Below are positions 27,936 through 41,459 of a stretch of 64,000 nucleotides of DNA, piece by piece; the first letter of the stretch is position 1; each line of letters begins with the position of its first letter. Location of the stretch: positions 8,184,001-8,248,000 of the forward strand of contig CP075497.1 in NCBI GenBank assembly GCA_021613535.1, given 5' to 3'. The translations under genes were made by a program, and so were the position numbers. The notes under the pieces are model-generated. The model was not told where the DNA came from. It saw only the letters and a program-made list of their open reading frames with translations, and did not search any database. The DNA is from Adineta vaga (Eukaryota > Animalia > Rotifera).

Positions 27936-29922
27936 CTATGCTAACTCTTGTTCTGTATGAACAACGACAGCATTATGTTCAATTTCATCTTTTTTTTGTC
28001 GACGATATTCACAATGGAAAAAGCAAATAAAACAAATGACTAGAATAACAGAGAATACAGCCAAAATATATACAGGAACTAAAACAAGATGAAATGAGTA
28101 ATGTAAGAGTAGGAGATAAATAGAATGAGATTTTTACTTGAATAATCTCGAATGTCATCCCATTTTCCATCTTGAATTTCGCATTTTTGAATACTCATTT
28201 GATGAGGAGATGGTGGTAAAGTAAAATTTGGTAAAATAACAATAGCAAGTATACTTCCTAATTGACTAGAAATTATCAAAATAACATATTTATATTCATA
28301 AATACTCAGACATTTCTTTATTTCTTACCTCGCTACCATAAAAATACCAGCTACAGTAGCTTCAGGAACTGGATGAGTCCTGAGTAGAATTTCATAAATG
28401 TATTATTTAATGAAGAATAAGTTTTAGAAAAACATACGTTTCAATACTAAGATCCAAACTTAATGGAAGTATAGGTGCATTTGATAATCCAGCGATAGCA
28501 AAGATCATATATAACCAATAAGATTTAACTTCATTAACAATAAACTAATCATTAATAGAAGAAATAAATATATAGTTACTGATTTATTACATAAAGCTTT
28601 ACTTACTAATCCAATAAACATTAATGAAATAACTCCAATAGAATATAAAATCTTTGTTAATTCTTCTAATTTTCTTGTCTTATCAGCTATGTATCCCATA
28701 AGAATACATCCAATCAAACCAAAAATAATAAAACAACCAATACATAATCCAACTGCAATATTATCATAACCAAATGGACACATAATTTGTTGTAGTAACG
28801 TTGAAAGTGTATTATTATTCGATAAACCAATTCCAACAGTTGCAAATAAAATCAAATAAGATTTCGATGTTATAAGCTAAATAGATCTTAGTTATCGATC
28901 AATTCTGATAAACATCATGTCATACTTTTTTAAAAACTAAATGATATGGAGCTTTGACATCAAGTGCAGCTAAACATGATGGTGTTGGTGGTAATGATGA
29001 TCGAACAGTAAATGATAAACCAGCTGCAATAATTGCTGGAATTAATGTTAAATAAAGCTAAATGAAATTTATTTTGAAAACATTATTTGATTTTAATCAA
29101 ATGATCTACATACTAATAAAGGTATTCTATGTTCATCTGGAACAATAAGTGGTGGTGTAACAGTACCGATAAAAACACCCAAGAAATTTGCTAAAAGTTT
29201 TGTATAAACATTCTTCAAAAGTTTCATATTACTTAATACTTACTAGCAAAACAAAGACTATTTGCTAGTGTTCGTTGATGTTCTGGAAACCAAGCAAAAG
29301 CAAATTTAGTTGGAAGAAACAATGTAAACGTTTGTGCAAAAGCACAAATCATTTGTCCTATATAAATTGATTCATACAAGAATATGAATAACAACATAAG
29401 AAAGATCCTATACCAATAAAAACAATTGGATAACGACCGTTCACCGATACAAATCCCCATGTACTAATCACTCGAAAAGATCCACCGATTAAATTCAACC
29501 AAACACCTGTTAAAATCTATGAAAACAAATTTGATAAAATTAAAAATGTTCTTTTTCTCTTTGAACAACATACACCAAATCGAATACCAAAACGATCAAT
29601 TGCCCATGTTGATGGTAATGTAAAGATACTACAAATAACCATAAATATAAGTGAAAGCCAATTCACAGCCGCATAGGAAACATCAAAATAACTTTTAGCA
29701 AAGTTCGCAATCGAAGCAAAATTAATCCATAACTAGGAAAATACAAAAAATTTTCTTTTCATACGACAAGCGAAATTCACTTACAATAGAATTTGACATA
29801 TTTGCCAGACATATACAAACTAAATAAAGCCATCGTCGTTTATAAACTTTAAATTCGAGTGGTGTCACCAAAGGTGTTGGCGACGGTGGACGAGAATTTA
29901 CATTATCAATCGAACCGTACAT
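27936..29922 (-). CDS. MFS transporter, SLC49/FLVCR family (SLC49A3-like), paralog A
   Basis: FKVYKRRWLYL, NWLSLIFM, PTKFAFAWFPEHQRTLAN, PPTPSC, ETTHPVPEATVAG, EYRR C-terminal motif; multi-exon. Confidence 0.85.
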
Positions 29923-30007
29923 CTAGAAAATTACGCAATACTATGAAATAACATATTTTAATCATTGCTGTTGTTTTTTTTCTTTCATTTTCGTCATTAT
30001 AAAAAAT

Positions 30008-31489
30008 ATGATTGACACTCACAAGTTACTCTCGTCTTTATCCGATACAAAAACGAATATTGTCTTATTACTAAATGGATGTTTTAATCCAATACATAAT
30101 AATCATATTCGTCTATTAGAAATTGCACGAGAACATCTGAATTCATTGAATCAATATCATATACTCGGTGGATATGTTTCTCCGACACATGATTCAGGTA
30201 TTCAACGAAAACTATCAACAATTCATGTAACATGGCAGGCTCGTTTAGAAATGTGTTGTTTAGCTGTTCATGATTCATCATGGATCATGATTGATGGATG
30301 GCAAATAGCACAAGAAAAAAATCCTGGTGCTCAACAATCTAAACAACATTTAAAAGATATTTTAAGTAAATCTTATCCTTCAATTGAAGTTGTATCAGTA
30401 TGTGGAGGTGATGCTTTACCAAAATTCAAAGTAACATTTAAAAAAGAATTGGTTGTCAGTATAATTAATCGACCAATTGAAGAATTTGATTTTGAACAAT
30501 GGTTTTATTCATCGGCTATTAAACCATTTCATGATAATATTATTCTTATATATGACAAGCAATGTAATAAATATATGAGTAGTACAAATGTTCGTCGACG
30601 AATCAGCGAGAATCGTTTGGATCTATTGATTGATGATCTTCCTCAGTCGATACTTGATTATCATCGTCAACGAGGTATAACTTATCGTTCTGTAAATGAA
30701 ACAATTCTTTGGTCAGAATTAAATGAAAATGAAACTATTGAACTTGGACAAGGTCGTTGTGCCACAGTTTATGCGAAAGAATATAAAAATCAACAAGTTG
30801 CTGTTAAAGTAATTCGTGAACGTAGACAATTTGAAAATGAATTGAAAGTTTTAATATCATTAGTTAATGATTCATCACATCACGTAAATATTGTTCAAAT
30901 ATATGGTATTGGTGATCAATTTTGTGTCATGGAAAAATGTGATATTGATCTTCTTTCATATATTCAAAAGAATCGAATTTTAACAAGTCAAACATTGATA
31001 ACAATCTTTCCAAATTTGCAATGGCTTAATTTCATTAAACAAATGTTAAATGGATTTGTTCATTTAATTTCACTTGGAATTCTTCATCGGGATATAAAAA
31101 CAGATAATATTCTTCTATCCAATATGATTGTGAAAATATCAGATTTTAGTGTATCAATGAATGTCAATTCAATGACAAAAGTGCCATGTAGAGGTTCTAT
31201 ACGTCATTATGCACCTGAAGCTATTGAAGATAAACATGTTTATACAGAAAAATGTGATATTTATACGTTTGGATGCTTACTTTATGAGATAGTTCATGGT
31301 GGACAACGTGTTTGGCATGACATTAGTACATCAGATGTTGTTGGTCGACGATCAAATGGTGAAAAACCGATGTTTTCTGTACAGTGTGAACCATGGTATA
31401 TTGATACAGTAGTACATGATTGTTGGGCAATGGATAGTAATGAACGACCGACATTTGAGCAGCTATTAGAAAATATTTCGACGAAATAA
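30008..31489 (+). CDS. NMNAT-like nucleotidyltransferase fused to a TKL/Tyr-like protein kinase domain, intronless
   Basis: N-half: GCFNPIHNNH, GYVSPTHD, RLEMCCLAV..WIMIDGW, VCGGDAL, SSTNVR; C-half: LGQGRCATVY, VAVK, HRDIKTDNILL, DFS, YAPE, DIYTFG, CW..ERPTF; one 493-aa ORF. Confidence 0.88.
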   Translation: MIDTHKLLSSLSDTKTNIVLLLNGCFNPIHNNHIRLLEIAREHLNSLNQYHILGGYVSPTHDSGIQRKLSTIHVTWQARLEMCCLAVHDSSWIMIDGWQIAQEKNPGAQQSKQHLKDILSKSYPSIEVVSVCGGDALPKFKVTFKKELVVSIINRPIEEFDFEQWFYSSAIKPFHDNIILIYDKQCNKYMSSTNVRRRISENRLDLLIDDLPQSILDYHRQRGITYRSVNETILWSELNENETIELGQGRCATVYAKEYKNQQVAVKVIRERRQFENELKVLISLVNDSSHHVNIVQIYGIGDQFCVMEKCDIDLLSYIQKNRILTSQTLITIFPNLQWLNFIKQMLNGFVHLISLGILHRDIKTDNILLSNMIVKISDFSVSMNVNSMTKVPCRGSIRHYAPEAIEDKHVYTEKCDIYTFGCLLYEIVHGGQRVWHDISTSDVVGRRSNGEKPMFSVQCEPWYIDTVVHDCWAMDSNERPTFEQLLENISTK

Positions 31490-32130
31490 TTGAAAGAAAG
31501 AAAAAAATCATCAGCAGGTTAAGCTTATAATGAAATAAACTACCAATGAAAGAACATAAAATATTATATATGAATAAATTAGCGACATCTATTACAAAGT
31601 AGTCATTGAATTGAATTTGCTCAAAGTTATAGATAGATAACTAAATAAAATATACAGTATGAGTCAACGTTTGCATAGGTATACAAAACAAAAGTTAGAC
31701 ATATAGTATGTTTGTTTCTAAATATTGATGAATCGAAAGCAAGTGTTTCATTAGTAATATGAGACATTGAAAACGAAGCTACTAATTATCATATAATGAT
31801 GAATGTTATAAAAATGATCAATTTGTTTCTAATATAAAGTCGTTTTTTCACTGAAAAATAAACAAGAAAATCTACAGATCATTTCAGTCGAAATATTTTA
31901 ATAATAAATCTATTAGTATATTAACTTTATTGAGAAGAATCTTTCTATTATGCGTGTTTCTATTGCCAGCACTTCAAATTTTGTCTGATTGTAATAACAA
32001 GAATGGCATCTCTGCACTTGTATAGATCAAATATAATAAAATCGATAAGTTCGTAACGATGCAACTAAACTTTAGCTCGTTTATTATTATTATCAATTGA
32101 ATTTACAATACAACAACGAATAGGATTCAA

Positions 32131-33355
32131 TCAAAATATACATCGTTTAAAAAATGAAGTATGATGTAAGGCATACCAAGTTACCGAAACCGTATCATTC
32201 GATAATAAAACAACTTTTGTGCGGATAAATTGCGGACTTTGATAACCTGTATGTGCAACTAAAATGTAAACATGATTAGAACGAGAATATATATATACAA
32301 TTCAAATATCCTTACTTTGTCCAATACCTTCGTAAGCGGGAGGAGAATCAGATTCGTTTTCAAGTGGACGTACAGCTGCGAAAGATATTTTACCGTGAGG
32401 TATATTACGATCTCCTGAAATCTTTCGAGCAACTATTACATTAGAAACAACTTCTTCACCTGTTGATGGATCATCAGCAACTGGTGGACATGTAAGTTCA
32501 TGATAAAATTCTAAATACAGTAATTCCAAACCATGACCACCATATGATCCTACCCAAAATCCATTTAAACGTGACAATGGATGATTATTATCACCAATGG
32601 TTGGCTGCGGCAATGAAATTGGATGATACAAAATTGTCGAATGTTCAGAACAACGTTGTATAAAGTAAAGATCTTGTTCATCGGAATTCGTCGTTTCATC
32701 ATGATCATGTAAAATCAATGATGAACGTTCATTGATTGGTAAGGCTTCTTGCGATAGACCAAAATATTGTTTATTTCTATCAAAAGTTTTTATCCATCGT
32801 AATTCAGGATGAGGCATATTACATTCAAAGCAATAGATTTTATCAGATCGGGTATCAATAGTAAATAATTTCGTTCGCATATAAAGTGGTTGCAAAGATG
32901 ATTCATTTTCATCTTCATCATCTTCGTCAAAATTAAATTGTCCGTCTTCATGATTTGCATTAAAAGGAACAATCTTCTCTCCAATTATATTTCCATCGGA
33001 TAGATTTAAATATACATGAATTAGACCACCGAAATATAATTCATTTGACTTCCAATAACCAAGATATCGACCATATGGTACCAAAATCTTTGTAAATAAT
33101 CTGAAAGACAATATAATTTCAACTACATTTACGATTTCTTTTCAAATCTAATTATTCTTACTCATAGAAACTTTGTTTCATTTCAGTCAACGATGCTTTG
33201 AGATTATACAATTGATAGCATAATCGTTTCCATATCCGATCATCTCGTGAAACAGATAAAAACAATGTAGAAACACGAGAAAAAGAATATAAATCTCTTG
33301 GTGAATCAATATGAGTAGCTATTGAAAAGAGAACTTCATATGGTAAATTATTCAT
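32131..33355 (-). CDS. F-box protein with FBXO31-like C-terminal domain, 3 exons
   Basis: F-box LPYEVLFSIATHI..FSRVS..DDRIWKRLC; YGRYLGYW, GFWVGSYGGHGLELL, ARKISGDRNIPHG, GIGQVAHTGYQSPQF resemble FBXO31/cyclin D1-binding domain. Confidence 0.78.
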
Positions 33356-33413
33356 CTAAAATATAAACGTCAATATATCGTATCTGAATAAAATAGATCT
33401 GTCACAAAATAAA

Positions 33414-35281
33414 CTAGTGTACACAACGTCGTTTATATTTACATTTAAAACACTGAAAATAGAAAAGTGTTACAATGATCATTATAAATGCCATTGTATA
33501 GAGAGGAACTAAATCAAAAAGAAAATATATCACTTATTTCATTAAGAAGTTTTCGGTTTTTACTTGAATAATTCAATATAGCTAATCCAGTTTTAGCATC
33601 TTTTGAACAAGTTTCAATGGACATTTCACGTTCATTGAGTGAACGAGCAAATTTCGGAAAAATGGTGACCATAAGAATTCCAATGATTTGACTAACGAAT
33701 GATAATAAATAATTCTTTTCATACATCAAAAATATAGTTTTGTTACTTAGACATGACACTAATGCCAATTGCAGTTGCTTCTGGTATTGGATAAACACAT
33801 TCCAGACTTAAATCCATTGATAGTGGTGATAAAGGTATTGATACAAAACCAACGAAAGCAAATGCAAAATAAATTAAATATTTTTCTACTCGATAAATAA
33901 TAAACTAAAAGTAATTTTTTCAAGATTGAATTATTACTCTTCTATGAATAGTCGTCATACCACAACAAGTAGAATATAAGCAGTTGAACTTGCAGCATAT
34001 AAAATCTTAGAAATTTCTTCTAATTTTCCAGTTCGATCAGCCAAATAACCGAATAATAACGATCCTAAACTACCTGCTCCAATAAACCATCCCAAAGACA
34101 ATCCAATAGTAATATTATCATAACCAAATGGACACATGATCTGTTCAACTAATGTTGATAATGTATTGAAACATCCGATAACAATTCCACAACCAATAAA
34201 TAAAACAACGAAAGATTTTGATTGGAAAAGCTAAAACAAATAAAACTTAATTCCCCAATGATTCTACATGATTACGCACTCGTTTTAATGCCAAAATAAA
34301 TGATTGTTGAATATGAGTAATTGCTTTACATGATGGCGTAGGTGGTTCAGCTGATCGTATTCCCAAACAAAGTAGAGCAGCAACGATAGCAGGTACAACA
34401 CTTACATACAACTATAAAGATGAATTAAAGCGTTTATTGTAAGATGTGTAAATATTCACTGACTAATAATGGTATTTTGTTGATGTTTGATACAATCAAT
34501 GGTGAAAGAATACTACCGATCAGAATGCCGAAAAATCCACCTGAAAATAATCGATAAAAATGGAAATCTTTCAACGAAAGGTAAACATACTTCCAATAGC
34601 AATTGAATTCGCAAATGAACGTTGATTTTCTGAAAACCATATAAAAGAAAATTTTGTTGGAATAAATAGGATAAACGTTTGTGCAAGAGCACAAAAACAT
34701 TGTCCTAAATTCACAATATTTTCGTAATTTGATAAAAAAAAACAATTTCATTTCAAATTTTACCAATCATCAATACAATGAATCGTCGATTTCTATCAAA
34801 TATTGACAAAACACTAAAACATCGAATTATACTTCCAATTGCATTCATCCAAGTTCCAATCAATAACTATAAATAGAAACAAAACAAAAAAAAGCTCTTC
34901 GAATGTATTCGTTCGAACGAAAATTATATTTGTCAAACCCCGAAACGAATACCAAGTTTATCAATTAACCATGTTGATGGTAATGTGAATGGTATTGTGA
35001 CAAACATATAGATTAAACTCAACCAATTAATTGCATCATAACTAACTTGATAATATTCTGAACCTAAATTAGCAATTGGAGAAAAATTTATCCAAATCTA
35101 CGAATAAATATATTTGATTAATTCAACAAAAATATATTCTATTTACCAATGCATTCGATATCTGAGCTAAACAAACAACAAATAAATAAAACCATCGTCG
35201 TTTATAAGTTATATATACATGTGAAATATTCTCATGCGTTTCTTCATCTTCCGTTTGACGAAGTTGTTGATAATCACTCAT
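33414..35281 (-). CDS. MFS transporter, SLC49/FLVCR family, paralog B
   Basis: TYKRRWFYLFVVCLAQISNA, INWLSLIYM, PTKFSFIWFSENQRSFAN, MCPFGYDNI, PPTPSC; colinear with paralog A. Confidence 0.85.
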
Positions 35282-35464
35282 CTAAAAACAGTTCTACTCA
35301 ATCGAATCTTTATTAAAACTGAGTTCATTTTCTCTGCGATTTTATCGTTCTCAAAAGCTTCAAAATAACATTTTTTGTACAATGATCATTTTTATCTATG
35401 AAAATATTTGAAAATAAAACAAAATAGACAAAAGATGAGAGAGAGAGAAAACGTTCCATATTTT

Positions 35465-36057
35465 CTAATAATGTTCTTCAATTGGATTTCCGTCATCGAC
35501 AAGTCCATGCTCAATCATAGCCTTTTGTCGAAGTTTTTCAATTCGTTCTTTCTTTTCTAAATCTTCTTTTTGTAATTTAAGAATCTCTTCAATCGATACT
35601 TCATAGAGTGGAACACGTAATGGTTTACGGTAATCTAATTCACCAATAAGTAGAACATTCTCTCCTCGAATAACAAATAATCCACGAGGAATATCTGCAT
35701 ATTGTTGACCAACACAAATACGTTCAAATGCTTGATGAAGAACAAGATTTCCTTTGAAGAAAAGGAAAATTTCAGTTCTATTAATTAAATACATGGCTAA
35801 TCCATTGGTTAGAATTTCATATCATATTCTATGAAATCGATCTATTCTTTTCATACATACCAAATTGATCAAGACTTCTTAAGAAAGCAATTAATGTTCG
35901 ACCATCACGTAGAATAATCATTAATTGTTCTAAAACAAATTCAATGCATATTTCAATCGAAAATTAAATCGATCGTTGTTCTCTTACTATCAATATCATC
36001 AACTAAAGTTGCAATACCCGATAAATAAAAATCATTATTAACCATACTCAAATCCAT
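35465..36057 (-). CDS. LSM1: U6 snRNA-associated Sm-like protein LSm1
   Basis: LRDGRTLIAFLRSLDQFGNLVLHQAFERI..DIPRGLFVIRGENVLLIGE. Confidence 0.93.
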
Positions 36058-36423
36058 AATTGATTGTGTACGTTTATGCAAATAGAAATTGAAATCTGAA
36101 AACGAGCAAAGATTTGCTTCTTCGTTTGTATATACATTTGAAAGTTTTCTCTTTCTCTTCTATACATCATTATTCAATCACGTATGTAACCCACTCCTAT
36201 AGTATCAATTAGGTTAAACATAAAGCGAAAAAAAACGAACAAGAAGACAGACACTCTCGGTCTTCTTCGTCTGTGTGTCGTCGCTCGTTTTTTTTTGTGC
36301 GTTATATGTAGGCGAAAGATGTACATATAAAAAAAAGTGAAACAACGCAAAAGACGACATAAAAAAAGAAGAGAGAAGTGATAATGTTATAGATTTCAAT
36401 CGACAATTTGCACTTATTTGATC

Positions 36424-37485
36424 ATGGGCAATTCGAGAAGTAACTACGAACGACATGAAGATGATGAGCAACAACAACGAATGGTTATTGGAAAAGAATT
36501 TCGTCTTATTCTTGGACATCTTCAATTATCATCGGATTTAATCAAACGACATAAAATTCTTTTTAATAATAAACAACAACATCATCATCATCATCGAGAA
36601 ATATCATCATCATCATCAAACTCAACAATAACATCATCATCATCGTTTGAGCAACAACATTCATCTGTCTCATTTATTCAACTTGATATTCCGATATCTC
36701 CATTTGATTCAAATGAATTCGATACTCATGCATTTATGCAATATCTTTTACAACAAGAATCTTATGGTAAAGAACTTTCACATGTCTTTAAAATTCCATC
36801 AATTCTAACTAATAATCGTAAAATTCGTATGAAAACATTACCAACATTAAAAATTGCTACGGTTTATTATGATCAATCATGTTCAACACATGATTTACAC
36901 ATTGAAGTTCTTTCATTAGAGCATGAAAATGAACTCGAACAAAAAATACAAGAATTTAATGAAAAAAATATCTTATCTATTTACATATCAAGTAATTTCT
37001 TTTCTATCTCAATCAAATATTCTTCTTAATCTCTTCTCTCTCTCTCTTTCTCTTTTTTTTTAGAATCATCAGCCTATGTAATTTATACGAAAAGTTCATC
37101 TCTTACTAATAAATATAAAATTATTCGTTCAACAACAATGTCTAAAACAGCACTTGACAACTTTGAATGGCTTCATCCATTTATTGACTATTCAAATTTA
37201 GGTTATCGTTTATGTGGAATAATTCCTTTTATGAATTGTCCAAGTGAAAATTCTTTTACTATCTATTGGGTATTTGAACAATTCGAAAGCAATGAAACGA
37301 TTCAATATGATTATTCTCTTATTGAATATCAATTGAAATCATCGTCATCTCCTGAATGGTTCTCATTACTTAATTTAATGCTGAAAAAAGAATGGAAATT
37401 AGTAGCAACATTCGATTATAATCAAAAGAAGAAGTCTAGTGAACAGACATATTTCTTATTATTTTTTCAAAGAGTAAAAAATTAA
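36424..37485 (+). CDS. Raftlin-like protein with N-myristoylation motif, 2 exons
   Basis: MGNSRS start; repeated module ending WFSLLNLMLKKEWKLVATF...LLFFQR reminiscent of the raftlin C-terminal module. Confidence 0.5.
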
Positions 37486-37612
37486 TGCGATCGAAAGAAT
37501 TTTTTATTATTACTCTGGAATGTTATTCTTATTAATAAAAAGAAAAAAGAAATTGCGATAAAATTTGCTTAGATTTTGAAAGACAAAATGAACTAGATAT
37601 GTTTGTTTACTC

Positions 37613-39999
37613 TTAATATCGGCTAATATCTCGACCAAAGATGTGCGTACGAACCCAATCAAAAGCAAGTAATGTTTTTGTACGTCCAGTGAACATTTCC
37701 GTAAAATAAAATGATTTCCATAAATAAGCAGCACTACGACCCGATAATGGTTTTAAATCAACTAAATCAAGAAGTGGTTTTGAACCTGTAAAATCAAAAA
37801 CAGCTTCATCACCACCAACATATGCTAATGAACCCATATGTTTGTATAGAAATGGTTTTAAATTTTGTTGTTGAAAATCAGTTGAACGAATATCAGGTAA
37901 TTGATTGAGTAGATTAGCAACATAACGACCTTCCTGAGATGCAACTTGAGCAGTTGCTGGTAATGCACGAATTTTCTGATCAGCTTTTTCAAGAATCGAA
38001 CGAAGTGTAGCAAGAGTTAAATAACCAGATTTCTCTTTATCAGCTTCTTCAAACGCTTTTTCAACTTTTTTCGAAAACATATCAAGCTAAAATGAAAATT
38101 TCAGATTGTTTGCTTTTCTTTTCATTCATCTACAAACATGAGAAAAGAAAAGAACGATAATAAATAACATACTTGTGGAAATTCTGTAATTTTCTTTTCG
38201 ACTAATGTTCGAAATTGTTGAAGATCAAGTGAACCTCGATTTTGTGTATCAACTTCTTCAAATAATGATTGTATTCGATCAATTAATTTTGGTTGTTCAA
38301 TTGTAGCACAATCTCCAAGAGCAAATATCGATCCATCATCAACACCTTTCACACGTAAATATCGATCGGTAAGCAGACCCATACGATTACTTTGAATATT
38401 CAAACCAATGATTTCTCGAATTTTATTTGTTAATGGTCGAGCTTTGATACCAGTTGCCCAAACAACAATTGAACATGGAATAGATTTAAGATCAGTTGAA
38501 CCTTTTAATTGAATAACAACTTCACGTTGTTTGACTTCTTTCACGAATGTATTTATTAAAACTTGGATATTTTCACGATGAAAATGTCGCTCAGTATAAT
38601 CACTTATTTTCTTATCCTGAAAACAGAAAAGTACGATTCAAATAATCTAATTTGAATAGTATTGAAAATAAACGAACCATCATTGATAAAACATGATCAA
38701 GTGCTTCGATTAATGTTATTTTAACATCACTAGCAACTAAACGTGGAAAATAATGTTGAAGATCTTCACGAACAAGATCAGCGAGCTACAATTTAATCGA
38801 ATGCATAGATGACTAAAAATAGAATTCTAGACTCTTGGCATACTTCAGCTGCAAATTCAACACCAGTTGGTCCACCTCCAACAACGACAAAATGTAGAAG
38901 ACGTTTTCTTTCTTCGATTGATTGTGTTGGCGTCATGGCTGATTCAAATGCATCACTAATTGCTGAACGAATACGTCGAGCATCAAGAAGTTCTTTGAGA
39001 AAATGTGCATGTTCTTCAACTCCTGGCGTATTAAATGTATTATTTTCTGAACCAATAGCAACAACAAGAATATCATATTTCATATCAAATTGTGGTCGTG
39101 TTCGGACTAAATAAAAATAATGATGATTATTTGTTTTAGAAAAAGATATTCTTGTACCTGAATCTTTGATAATTCTTGATGAAGCACCACTTTCACGTTT
39201 TGAAGGTTGTATTACTGCTTTAACATCATCACCACGAGCAACATTTATATTTCCATCAGTATTACATGTAATCACTTTTTCTTTTGGATCAATATTAACA
39301 CAAGTTGCTTCAACAAATTTAATACGTGGACCAATAAGTGAACGAATCGATTCAATTACCGTTCGAGTTTCAACTGTACCAACACTTACCGAGGGCAATA
39401 ATGGTGTCATCAGAAAATAATTACGTGGAGATACACAAACAATTTCGAATTTATTCGTATCAATATGTTTTAATAATGGTACAGCACCCCAACCTAGCAA
39501 GATACTTGCTCAAAATACATGATCAATTTGAATCTTTACCTGTTCCTAAGATTACTATACGTGGTTTTGTACCAATAGACTTTTCCGAATCACTCATTTC
39601 GTGAAACCATTTATAGTGTTTATAAGCACGATAACTATAAAATGTGCCGAGACCAACGACGGTTATAATAACGATATTTCGTAAACGTCGTTTTAATCTT
39701 GCACCTAAAAGAAAAAGAAAACGATTCAGATTGTTCTAAATAGAAACAAAAACACGTGTCTCAAATATGAACTATTCGGACAGCATCTTATTCATGAGCA
39801 TTGTTCTCTGTATCCTTTTAATACTAATACGTCTCAAAATTCTTCACAAACCGAAAGTTTGCTTCACTGGTTGCCTTGAAAACCATGCAAGATTCCTCGT
39901 AATGATTGGTTTGACATCATATAATTGTTTGAACGATAAATTTCGTCGTAAGTTTTTTTCTGTCAATTTTTGAAGAAGCAGAGTTGAACGAGAGAACAT
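37613..39999 (-). CDS. Type II (alternative, rotenone-insensitive) NAD(P)H dehydrogenase with EF-hand insertion, mitochondrial
   Basis: Basic presequence; PRIVILGTGWGA, SPRNYFLMTPLLPS, YDILVVAIG, VVVGGGPTGVEFAAEL, VWATG, FALGDCA, LPATAQVASQEGRY, DWVRTHIFGRDISRY; two EF-hand-like loops. Confidence 0.93.
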
Positions 40000-41459
40000 C
40001 TTACTCTCTAAAACAAAAGCGAAATTTTCGAAATACATTCATGTTATTTATTATGTCATATAATTAAAAGAGAAAGATTAAATGAAAAAAAAACCCACGA
40101 ACGAAAACTATGCACGAATATTATTTCATTGGCTGATGCTTTAGAACCAGTAAGATATTTTTTATTTAAGTCATTTCCACACGATCGATGGCGCTATAAA
40201 ATACTCGTCTAATTTGACAGTAACGCAAGTAAAATAACAAACGTGTCCTCTCATAGAATCGTAAAGACCTCTAGATAACGTCTTTATCCTTTTCCATCAA
40301 AAAATATTAGGAATATTCTAAATGAAGAGGGTGTGGGTGAGGATCATACTTAAATAATTGAATAGTTGAATTGAACTTTCAAGTTTGATATTACCGTATA
40401 CTTTTCAAGAGTAACTACTTTTAAATTTATAGATGTGTGACTTTCGTCTACTATATGTAATTCATGTATTGAAAGAAAGATTATATGATTTTACCAAGAT
40501 TTGATTGATAGTCTTATCACAAGCATGTAAAATAATGGTTTTTTGGAAAGTAACTACAGAATGAAGTATCACTCCTAACTGACATCTTTCGAGGAAAGAA
40601 ACTTGATGCTATGAGTGGTCAGTTCCCTAGATTCATTTGTTTTAGTTAATGAACTTCGAAGTTCGACTATTGAAATGGCAAAATTTGGTCAAGTTGGTTG
40701 AAGTAATGTATAGATAAATCGAAATTTGTTCGAATCCACTTTTGAGAACATGTTACTCGATGATGATTTATGGTCTTTGATCCATTTTATGAAATAATTT
40801 CAATATATCTGCCTTTCTTGGACTGAGAGTAACAAGAAATATTTCATTTTATCAAAAATTAAACTACTTTATTTTTAACTCAAACAAGGTTTTAGTGATA
40901 ATGACTATCGTATCAATATTCATATTCGTTCCACCAATCATCGCCGTAAAAATTGTTTGTTCCATTATTGAAAGAACATACCCTGTCAGCTTCAAATAAA
41001 TATGTTTGTTAGATCAATACATATGATAATCGTAAATGATCTTTACAAAAAGTATATTTTAGATAGATCGAAGAAAATTTAATCATTTCTATATGAGATT
41101 TCTAGTCAAATCGAATAATGACTATGTGGTATGCTAGTTCCGATGTTCGAATCTACTCTCGAGACTAGAGTCAGGGATGTCTCTTTCAGTGGCACATAAC
41201 TGTTCATGCTCTCGATATATTAACGATTTCCAACAATTTTATCACTATACATTCGGAGATTTTCATTCTTCAAATGATCGATATGAAGTTGTTGTACAAT
41301 CATATTGTTATTTTCTTATCGAACTTGTATTTTTGTATTTACAGTTGATCAAAATCTTTCATATACTAATCTCTATTGTACTGATAACAAGCGAGCGCTT
41401 AAAAGACTTTTTTTTGAATTTTGAACAAATATTTTTGAAGAATTTTTTGATCTTACCAA

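Noticed and set aside
38809-39604. Plus-strand ORFs antisense to NDH-2 (likewise shadow ORFs over MVP, GPCR and Dab)
   Set aside because: Antisense or alternate-frame shadows of real coding exons with no independent motifs
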